DNA of 64,000 nucleotides, taken from NCBI GenBank assembly GCA_965226875.1, contig OZ245439.1, forward strand, positions 3,955,818 through 4,019,817, written 5' to 3'. Origin of the DNA: Dehalococcoidia bacterium. GTDB taxonomy: Bacteria > Chloroflexota > Dehalococcoidia > Lucifugimonadales > UBA3495. Under the pieces are notes generated by a model, which worked only from the letters and a program-made list of their open reading frames with translations, searched no databases and had not been told where the DNA came from. The translations under genes and the position numbers were made by a program. This document shows, in pieces, positions 44,571-51,984 of the stretch (the first letter of the stretch is position 1; each line of letters begins with the position of its first letter).

Positions 44571-45596
44571 ATGCCCTACTACATGTATGTTGCCGTGAAT
44601 GAAGACAACAAAATTTCGGTCTTTACCGTGGACCCTGACACCGGGGGTCTCACGCATCAGCACGATGTGCCCGTGGCTGGCGGGCCGTTCACCCTGGCCA
44701 TCAGCCCCGACCGCAATCACCTTTACGCCGGGACCCGGGAGACTCCCCAGTTGAACAGCTTCCGTATTGACCAGTCCGGCGGCGGCCTCACGCAAACGGG
44801 CGCGGTGCCGCTGGACTCGTGGCCGGTCTACGTAACCACCGACCGCCGGGGCAGGTTCGTGCTGTCGTCCTATTACCAGGGCGCGCACGTCGGGGTGCAC
44901 CCCATCGGCAATGACGGCTCGGTGGGAGAGCCGCCGGTCGTATGGCTGGAAACGGCCACAGGGGCCCACGCCATGCAGACCGACCCGACCAACAGCTACG
45001 CTTTCGTTCCCCACATTGCGGGAAACGGCCCCAACCAGGTCTGGCAGTTCAGGTTCGACCAGGACACAGGCCAGATCACACCCAACTCCCCGGCCATGGT
45101 CGAGCTGGAGGAATTCCTGGGGCCTCGTCACTTCTGCTTTCATCCTTCCCTGGACGTCCTCTATTTTTCCAACGAACAGGGTTGCAGCGTAAGCGGCTAC
45201 CGCCTGGACACTTCGGCGGGAACGCTGTCCCTCTTTCAGACCATCACCACCCTTCCCCCGGAAGGCTTTGCCGAGAGGAACACCTGCTCGCAGATTCAGA
45301 TTACGGGGGCGGGAAGATTCCTGTACGCGCCGAACAGGGGCCATGACAGCATCGCCTGTTATACCGTGGACACCGCCACCGGGGAGTTAACCGCCAACGG
45401 CATCGTAGCCTCCGAAGCCAGGCCCAACGCGCTATGCCTCGGCCCCGGGGACCGGTACATCTACTCCGCAGGACAGGATTCGGGCCAGATGGCGATCTTC
45501 AGGGTAGGGCAGGACTCGGGTGGGTTGACCCCGGTGGAGACTGTCCCATTGGGCAAGGGCCCGTGCTGGATATCGATCATCGAGTTGCCGGGATAG
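44571..45596 (+). CDS. Lactonase, 7-bladed beta-propeller (Pgl/YbhE-like)
   Basis: 341 aa. YVAVNEDNKISVFTVDPDTGGLT... with repeated blade pattern. GGAGG RBS. Confidence 0.83.
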   Translation: MPYYMYVAVNEDNKISVFTVDPDTGGLTHQHDVPVAGGPFTLAISPDRNHLYAGTRETPQLNSFRIDQSGGGLTQTGAVPLDSWPVYVTTDRRGRFVLSSYYQGAHVGVHPIGNDGSVGEPPVVWLETATGAHAMQTDPTNSYAFVPHIAGNGPNQVWQFRFDQDTGQITPNSPAMVELEEFLGPRHFCFHPSLDVLYFSNEQGCSVSGYRLDTSAGTLSLFQTITTLPPEGFAERNTCSQIQITGAGRFLYAPNRGHDSIACYTVDTATGELTANGIVASEARPNALCLGPGDRYIYSAGQDSGQMAIFRVGQDSGGLTPVETVPLGKGPCWISIIELPG

Positions 45597-45654
45597 AACC
45601 AACGGGTCTACGGCTCGCAGGTAACGTCGAAGTGCTTTAACGGGGGTTTCGAGA

Positions 45655-46551
45655 ATGGCCTCACCAGAATTGGATCAGGCAATCGCCATGTTCCGGGCAG
45701 GCAAGGCGGAGACTCAGGCCTTTACCACTGTCGAGGAGTTCCGGGTCTGGTACGAACAGTTCACGGGCCAATTTGAACTGCCCGAAGATGCTGTTTTCGA
45801 GCAGGTGGGAGCGGGCGGCGTCTCCGCCGAGTGGATTTCCACTCCGGGGGTGTCTCAAGACCGGGTGGTCATGTACCTGCACGGCGGCGGATACATGATC
45901 GGTTCAATGCGGACCCATCGGTCGCCGCTGTCCTACCTGTCCCGGGTGTCCGATGCCCGGGTGCTGGGCCTCAACTACCGGCTGGCCCCGGAACACCCCT
46001 TCCCGGCGGCGGTCGAAGATTCGGTGGCCGCCTACCGCTGGCTGCTGGCGGAGGGCGTGTCGCCCCGCCGCATCGTCATAGGAGGGGACTCGTGCGGCGG
46101 CGGTCTGACCATCGCCACGCTGGTCGCCCTGAAGTACTACGGGGACCCTCTCCCGTCCGCCGGAATATCCCATTCCGGCTGGACCGACCTGGCCCATACC
46201 GGGGACACATTCGTAACCAAGGCGGAAGTGGATCCCCTCATTGACAAGGAGATGCTAGAAGGCATGGCGGCGGCCTACCTTGGCGACCGGAGCCGCACCA
46301 CTCCCCTGGCGTCTCCCTATTACGCCGACTTGCGGGGCTTGCCGCCGTTGCTGTTGCAGGTGGGCACTGCTGAGGTCCTGTTGGACGACTCCCTCCGGTT
46401 CGCCGACCGGGCCAAGGAGGCCGGCGTGGACGTTACGCTTGAGGTTTGGGACGACATGCCGCACGTCTGGCAGGCGTTCGCGTCTTTCCTTCCCGAAGGC
46501 AAGCAAGCCTTGGAAAACTGCGGTGAATTCGTCCGGAAGCACACTACCTGA
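45655..46551 (+). CDS. Alpha/beta hydrolase fold-3 esterase/lipase (HSL-like)
   Basis: 298 aa. YLHGGGY oxyanion motif, GDSCGG nucleophile, DD...H. Confidence 0.87.
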   Translation: MASPELDQAIAMFRAGKAETQAFTTVEEFRVWYEQFTGQFELPEDAVFEQVGAGGVSAEWISTPGVSQDRVVMYLHGGGYMIGSMRTHRSPLSYLSRVSDARVLGLNYRLAPEHPFPAAVEDSVAAYRWLLAEGVSPRRIVIGGDSCGGGLTIATLVALKYYGDPLPSAGISHSGWTDLAHTGDTFVTKAEVDPLIDKEMLEGMAAAYLGDRSRTTPLASPYYADLRGLPPLLLQVGTAEVLLDDSLRFADRAKEAGVDVTLEVWDDMPHVWQAFASFLPEGKQALENCGEFVRKHTT

Positions 46552-46595
46552 ACGAGCCGTTGACCTGCTCCACTATCGGGCTGGCCGGGCCTCCC

Positions 46596-47603
46596 CTACT
46601 CCCTGGTTCGCGTGTCCGGCTCCCCCCGGCTCAGTCCGAGACGCATCCGCTGGTATTCCGAGGACACTTCCGCGCCTATTATTACGATCATGCCGGACAT
46701 ATAGGTCCAGGCCAGCAGGACAATCACCGAGGCCAGGGTGCCGTAAATTCTCTCATAGGCGGCGTAGTTTTCCAGGTAGAACACGAACGCGCTCTTGCCC
46801 ACGTCGAAGAGCAGGGCCGACAGGAGCGCGCCAGGCCAGACATAGCGCCAGTAGGTTCGGGTATAAGGCGCGAATTTGTATATCAGCAGGAATATCAGCA
46901 GCGAGAATATGAAGGGCAGGGGGCGGGCCAGGGTATTGATGGCGTTGTGGTCCAGGAAGGCCAGCCATCCCAGCACCGGCAGTTCCTCGTTGCCGATCAA
47001 TTGCAGGGTCGTCGTTGCGGCCATCGAAATGATGAACAGCGGCGCAACGCTGAGGGCCATGATGAAATGGCGCGGCTTTTCGATGTAGAAGGGACGGTCG
47101 TAGGAGATGTCCCAAGCGCGGTTCACCGCCCGGGTGATCGCCCCGAACAGGAGGCTGGACGAATAGAGAAGCCCCAACGCGCTGACGATGCCCAAGAGTC
47201 CCCGTATGTTTCCCACTGCCTCCACATTGGCCGCCAGGATGCTGTCGGAGCCGGGAAGGTAGGTGCGGAAGAAGCGGAAGACCTCCCGCTCGACAGCATC
47301 CGCCTCCAGTACGAGGCTGAACAGGCTGACCAGCCCGATGGCCAACGGAAACAGGGACAGGATGGCGTAATAGGAGATGGACGCGGCCAAGTCCACGGCA
47401 AAGTCGTCCCCCAGCTCCCGCCACGTCCGGTGCGCCAACTCCACCACCGTGAACGACATGAGCCATCGCTTCAGCCGCGTGGCCCCGGCGCGGCCCTGCC
47501 GGAAAACGCGGTTGGAGGCAATTCGCGCCCGGGTAGTTCGCGCCCTGGTTCGGTTGAAGGCAGAGAGCAACGCTCGCCTGAACTGAGCCGGCGTCAAAGG
47601 CAT
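46596..47603 (-). CDS. YihY/BrkB-family membrane protein
   Basis: 335 aa. AASISYYAILSLFPL... and multiple TM segments typical of the YihY family. Confidence 0.83.
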   Translation of the reverse strand: MPLTPAQFRRALLSAFNRTRARTTRARIASNRVFRQGRAGATRLKRWLMSFTVVELAHRTWRELGDDFAVDLAASISYYAILSLFPLAIGLVSLFSLVLEADAVEREVFRFFRTYLPGSDSILAANVEAVGNIRGLLGIVSALGLLYSSSLLFGAITRAVNRAWDISYDRPFYIEKPRHFIMALSVAPLFIISMAATTTLQLIGNEELPVLGWLAFLDHNAINTLARPLPFIFSLLIFLLIYKFAPYTRTYWRYVWPGALLSALLFDVGKSAFVFYLENYAAYERIYGTLASVIVLLAWTYMSGMIVIIGAEVSSEYQRMRLGLSRGEPDTRTRE

Positions 47604-47804
47604 AGGGCCATTATAGGAGCAAAGGCCCCCCGGAGACCTCTGCCGTAAACGGCCCTTGCCGGCCTTTTGGTTGCCGCTGCCCTTCCGCTGAGTCCGTTGG
47701 CGGTCAGCTTGCCCTCGCGCAGGCCGGGGATGGCGCGGCGGTCATTGCGGTGCCGGCCCTCTCCCTATCGCAGTCGCCGGGGACTCTTCGTGCGCTGCAT
47801 CCCC

Positions 47805-48179
47805 CTACCCGGCGGAGAAGCCGGTCTCGGCGGCCCAGGCTTGCAGGCCGCGACGGAAGGCCAGGCCGCCCATGGGCATGGCGACGCATTGCAGGGCTTC
47901 CAGTATCTCGGTGGGAGTGGCTCCCTCGCGTAGGGCTACGCGAATGTGGGCTCCGATCTGGTCCACGTCGGCGCGGAGGGCGGCTTCCACGGCCACTTGC
48001 AGCAACTCCTTGGTCTTGCGGTCCAGGGTGCGCTCTCCGGTGTAAGTTGCCTCGATGAAGGCGTTGTACTTCTCCACCCAGGCCGGGTCGGCCGCGGCCA
48101 TGATGCCGTGCATTTCCAGGGTGTAACCCCGGCTCTCGGCGATTCCGGCCAGCACTTCCTGTTGTTCCTCTGATGCCAT
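47805..48179 (-). CDS. Carboxymuconolactone decarboxylase (AhpD-like) family protein
   Basis: 124 aa. ...LDRKTKELLQVAVEAAL...EILEALQCVAMPMGG... Confidence 0.78.
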   Translation of the reverse strand: MASEEQQEVLAGIAESRGYTLEMHGIMAAADPAWVEKYNAFIEATYTGERTLDRKTKELLQVAVEAALRADVDQIGAHIRVALREGATPTEILEALQCVAMPMGGLAFRRGLQAWAAETGFSAG

Positions 48180-48246
48180 GTTCGTCTCCTGTTGAATTTA
48201 TCGAATGTTTGTCGTGGCTGTTTTGCCCGGCGGATTTCAGCCTCAT

Positions 48247-48322
48247 CCCAACCTTCCCTCTCAAGAGAGAGGGAGAAGGTTGGGATTTTGCCCCCCCAAA
48301 GAGAGGGGACGTGAGGGGTTGG
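48247..48322. repeat. REP1-type elements (palindrome CCCAACCTTCCCTCTC-AAGA-GAGAGGGAGAAGGTTGGG plus a second partial copy)
   Basis: Lie between the SIS gene stop and the CMD gene start on the minus strand. Confidence 0.75.
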
Positions 48323-48325
48323 AGC

Positions 48326-49432
48326 CTAAAGCTCGTAGTGGTGGCGGGCGGCGGCCTGCCGGGGGTTGTTCTGCTGGAACAGGTCGGGGTGGGCGCCCCG
48401 GGCCACCGCCAGGTAGTAGGTGAACAGTTGCAGCGGCAGCACGTAGACCAAGGGACTCCAGAATTCCGGCACCACCGGCAGCGCGAACCGCTCGGTGCAA
48501 AGGTCCGACAGCAACGTGTCGCCCTCCTGCACCAGCGCCCAAACGGGCGCGCCCACGGCGGTGGAGGCTCGCGCCACGTTCATGGCCCGCTCGTAGCCCG
48601 GCCCCGGCGGCGCTACCAGCGTCATCAGGCAATTCTGGTCTACCGAGCAGAAGGGGCCGTGAAGCAACTGCTCGATTTGCAGGCCCTCGCTGTCGCAGGC
48701 GCTGGTCTCCTTGATTTTCAGGGCCACCTCGTAGGCCGAGGCGGTGTTGGGCCCCCAGCCCGCGCAGATGAACCGCTCGCGGCTCTGGAAGCGCCGCGCC
48801 GCCCGTTGCAACTCGGTGAGCCGCGCCGTCACCTGCTCCGCCTTCGCCGGAATCTCCTCCAGGCGGGCGCGGAGCTGGGCCACATCGCCGCTCCGGTCGG
48901 TCCAGCTTCCCAAGGCCGCGGCCAGCATCCCCAAGGTCATCAGGCCGGAGGTGTAGCTGATGGTGAAAGCCGCCGAGCGTTCCTGCGCCACCGTCTGGAG
49001 CTGCGCGTCGGCCACGGCTATGCGGGGGCCGGGGTCGGTGGAGGTGATGGCCACGGTGTAGGCCCCGCTGCTCTTGGCCATCTCCAAGGCTAGGAAGGAG
49101 TAGGTCTTGGTGCCACGATGGCTGATGACTATGACCCCGTCGTCGGCGCCCAGGGTCGGAGGGTAGGCGCAGAACTCGAAGGAGTGCCGCACCTCGATGA
49201 CCGGGCCGTCCCCGGCGAACTTGCGGAACCAGTGGCCGGCCACCAGCGCGGCGTGCCACGAAGTCCCGATGCCGACCAGATACACCCGACGCTTCTTCGC
49301 CAGCTCCGCAGCCACCGGCTGGACCGTGTTGGTATGCTTGGCCAGCATCTCGTCCATCGCCTCTGGCTGGCGCATGATGGCGTCATACATCAGGTATGGG
49401 TGACCTTGTCGCACGTTCTGTTGCTGTGTCAT
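48326..49432 (-). CDS. SIS-domain sugar-phosphate isomerase/deaminase (GlmS C-terminal / FrlB-like)
   Basis: 368 aa. VYLVGIGTSWHAALVA... and a second SIS repeat. Confidence 0.83.
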   Translation of the reverse strand: MTQQQNVRQGHPYLMYDAIMRQPEAMDEMLAKHTNTVQPVAAELAKKRRVYLVGIGTSWHAALVAGHWFRKFAGDGPVIEVRHSFEFCAYPPTLGADDGVIVISHRGTKTYSFLALEMAKSSGAYTVAITSTDPGPRIAVADAQLQTVAQERSAAFTISYTSGLMTLGMLAAALGSWTDRSGDVAQLRARLEEIPAKAEQVTARLTELQRAARRFQSRERFICAGWGPNTASAYEVALKIKETSACDSEGLQIEQLLHGPFCSVDQNCLMTLVAPPGPGYERAMNVARASTAVGAPVWALVQEGDTLLSDLCTERFALPVVPEFWSPLVYVLPLQLFTYYLAVARGAHPDLFQQNNPRQAAARHHYEL

Positions 49433-49473
49433 ATCTCCACCCCCGTAAGTGGAATCGTCCTCCGCCCCGGAAA

Positions 49474-49511
49474 GTTTCCTCTCCCCCTGAGTGAGGGTCA
49501 GGGTGAGGGCG
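49474..49511. repeat. REP1 element
   Basis: GTTTCCTCTCCCCCTGAGTGAGGGTCAGGGTGAGGGCG. Confidence 0.75.
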
Positions 49512-49610
49512 CTTTCCTCCCAACCGTATAGAAACCGTGTAGAAAAGGAATTTTAGCCTAATTTTCGCCCTTGCCTAGCCCTGTCTGCCGTCGTTGCGGG
49601 AGTTTTGACA

Positions 49611-49671
49611 TTTCCCTCTCCCTTGAGAGGCAGGGGCTTTTGATTCTCCCTCCCCAAGAGGGAGAGGGAAC
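49611..49671. repeat. Two REP1 elements
   Basis: TTTCCCTCTCCC-TTGA-GAGGCAGGGG and GATTCTCCCTCCCC-AAGA-GGGAGAGGGAAC. Confidence 0.75.
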
Positions 49672-49727
49672 TTAATTGTGCAACCGCCGTGGTAAAATCC
49701 GGCGGAGGCCCGGAGGAGGTAGAGGCG

Positions 49728-50399
49728 ATGACCCAGTTTTCTCCCCAGAATTTCGAGCGGATGGACGAAGAGGAAGACCGCGTCTTCTATCAGCAAGCCC
49801 GCAAGGTGGTGCATATCGACGACGGGGCCATCGCTGCCGTGGGCCGGCTGTTCCGGGAACTGGTGCCGCCCGGCTCCGTGGTGCTGGACCTGATGAGCAG
49901 TTGGCGCTCGCACTGGCCCCAAGGCCACCCCAAGGCCCGGCTGGTGGGACTGGGCCTTAACCGCGAGGAGATGGTGGACAACCCCGACCTCGACGAGGTG
50001 GTGGTCCATGACGTCAACCAGGACCTGCAACTGCCCTTCGACGACGACACCTTTGACGCCGTGGCGATAACCGTCTCGGCCCAGTACCTGACGCACCCGG
50101 TGGACACTTTCGGCGAGGTCAACCGCATCCTCAAGCCCGGCGGCGTGTTCATCGTCACCTTCTCCAACCGGATGTTCCCCACCAAGGCGGTGTACATCTG
50201 GCGGGCATCCAGCGACCGGGGCCGCGTTGACCTGGTGGGAACGTACATGGAGGAGGCGGGCAATTTCGAGGACATCCAGGGCGTCTTTGCCAACCCGCAG
50301 GATAGCCCGCCCGGCGACCCGCTGTTCACCGTCCACAGCCGCAAGGCGCCGCCCGGCTCCACCGCACCCACCTTCCGCCCACCCCCGGAAGAGGGTTAG
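49728..50399 (+). CDS. Class I SAM-dependent methyltransferase
   Basis: I prefer the ATG at 49728 (GGAGG upstream). VVLDLMSS...FDAVAITVSAQYL...LKPGGVFIVTFSN. Confidence 0.83.
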   Translation: MTQFSPQNFERMDEEEDRVFYQQARKVVHIDDGAIAAVGRLFRELVPPGSVVLDLMSSWRSHWPQGHPKARLVGLGLNREEMVDNPDLDEVVVHDVNQDLQLPFDDDTFDAVAITVSAQYLTHPVDTFGEVNRILKPGGVFIVTFSNRMFPTKAVYIWRASSDRGRVDLVGTYMEEAGNFEDIQGVFANPQDSPPGDPLFTVHSRKAPPGSTAPTFRPPPEEG

Positions 50400-50415
50400 G
50401 GTGAGGGCGTCTCCC
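50387..50415. repeat. REP1 half-element containing the stops of two convergent genes
   Basis: GGAAGAGGGTTAGGGTGAGGGCGTCTCCC. The TAG at 50397-50399 ends the methyltransferase. On the opposite strand CCCTCACCCTAA supplies the TAA (50396-50398) of the MFS gene. Confidence 0.8.
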
Positions 50416-51748
50416 TCGTCCCCTCCCGTCGCGGCGGCGGCACGGCGGCCAGCACCAGCAGCGCCGCCAGCCCCACCGCCGCGCCGAAGATGACGAAAGG
50501 CACCCGGTAGCCGCCGCCGGAGTCGAACATGAAGCCGGATACCACCGGGCCGATGGCCTGTCCGCCAATTTGCGCCGGCAGGGTCAGTCCGCGGATGGCG
50601 CCCAGGTGGACGCGGCCGAAGTAGTCGGCCCACGCCAGCCGCAACAGAGTATGCAGCCCGCCCACACCCGTGCCGAATATGAAGCCGAAGAATATGCCCC
50701 AGCGCAAAGTGTCGGTGAAACTGATGCCGAATACACCCCCCGCAACCCACAGCGCCGAAATCGCCAGCATGAACCGCACCGGCATACGTCGTCCCACCGC
50801 CGCCCAGACCAGCCCGCCGGGAATCTGTCCCAGGGCGAAGGCGGTGGCGACCAGCGCGGCCAGCCCCTGCGTCACCCCCGCGTCGACGTAGTGGGCCGTC
50901 TGGTGCAGGCTGACCCCTGCCTGCGCCATGAACCCCACCATCGAGAAGAAGGCCAGTATCCAGAAGGCGGGGGTTCGCAGCGCCTCGCGTACCGTGTAGT
51001 CCGTGTCGCGCCAGGCGGCCGGCTCCCTCTCCCTCCGGGGGAGGGTTGTGGTGGGGGCGTCTCCGTCTGCCCCCCTTTCCATCCCGCCCTGAGGGGGGGT
51101 ATTTGAGAGGGGGTCGGGCTCCAGGCCCATGTCCTCGGGGCGGCGGGCCATCAGCACCAGCGGCGGCAGGATGCCGGTGGCAATGGTGAACACTCCCAGC
51201 GAGACCCACGCCGAGCGCCAGCCCAGGCTGCCGATGAGCAGGGCCGCCGCCAGCGGCAGCAATCCCAGCCCGACGCCCTGCGTCGCGCCAAACAACGCCA
51301 TGGCCATGGGGCGGCGGCGAATGAACCAGTTGCTGATGGCCGTAGTCGTGCCAAGTTCCAAAGGACTGGAGAACACCGCCCGCCCCGGCACGTAGATGGC
51401 GTAGAACGACCATGCCTGCGACACCAACGCCAGACCAAGAGCGCAGACTCCCACCACCGCCGAGCAGCCTGCGACGATGACGCCCGAGCCGTAGCGGTCG
51501 ATGAGCTGTCCGGCGAAGGGCGACATCACCAGCCCGCAGACCGCGCCCAGGCTCACCGCCCCGGAGAACAGGCCCCGCGACCAGCCGAATTCCTCGGTCA
51601 TCGGAATTACGAAGACCGACAGCACCGCCACCGACGCCACGGGCCTGGCCCCGAAGCTGGGCAGGTTGGCAAGGGCAAACACCACCCACCCGTAATATAC
51701 GGGCAGACGCTCCGCCAGTCGCGCGCGAACCCCGGCCCCGCTGAGCAT
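50396..51748 (-). CDS. MFS transporter (12-TMS type)
   Basis: I prefer the ATG at 51748 (MLSGAGVRARLAERLPVYYGWVVF...). The ORF-track extension to 51961 runs through a REP1 copy. The central loop contains REP1-derived sequence. Confidence 0.85.
   Translation of the reverse strand: MLSGAGVRARLAERLPVYYGWVVFALANLPSFGARPVASVAVLSVFVIPMTEEFGWSRGLFSGAVSLGAVCGLVMSPFAGQLIDRYGSGVIVAGCSAVVGVCALGLALVSQAWSFYAIYVPGRAVFSSPLELGTTTAISNWFIRRRPMAMALFGATQGVGLGLLPLAAALLIGSLGWRSAWVSLGVFTIATGILPPLVLMARRPEDMGLEPDPLSNTPPQGGMERGADGDAPTTTLPRREREPAAWRDTDYTVREALRTPAFWILAFFSMVGFMAQAGVSLHQTAHYVDAGVTQGLAALVATAFALGQIPGGLVWAAVGRRMPVRFMLAISALWVAGGVFGISFTDTLRWGIFFGFIFGTGVGGLHTLLRLAWADYFGRVHLGAIRGLTLPAQIGGQAIGPVVSGFMFDSGGGYRVPFVIFGAAVGLAALLVLAAVPPPRREGTRETPSP
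51022..51115. repeat. REP1 elements inside the MFS coding sequence (in-frame)
   Basis: GCTCCCTCTCCC-TCCG-GGGGAGGGTTGTGGTGGGGGCG plus a second degenerate copy, translated as ...GMERGADGDAPTTTLPRREREPA... Confidence 0.7.
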
Positions 51749-51834
51749 ATCCCCTCGCTGGGTTTGCCTGGCACAAGTCCGCGTAGTGTAACACCGGCGC
51801 CGATTTCCAACGCAGAGACTGCGTTTAGCCTTTC

Positions 51835-51879
51835 GATTCTCCCTCTCCCTGACCCTCTCCCGGAGGGAGAGGGAATTCC
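51835..51879. repeat. REP1 element
   Basis: GATTCTCCCTCTCCCTGACCCTCTCCC-GGA-GGGAGAGGGAATTCC. Lies in the divergent MFS/nadE intergenic region. Confidence 0.85.
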
Positions 51880-51984
51880 TGGAAGGGCCTGCGTTATCCT
51901 CTGCGCCCTCTGCGTTGGAATAATGGCCTTGGGGTGTATATGGGGGGTGTATACTAAACACAAAAGGAAATCAGGCATATAGAC

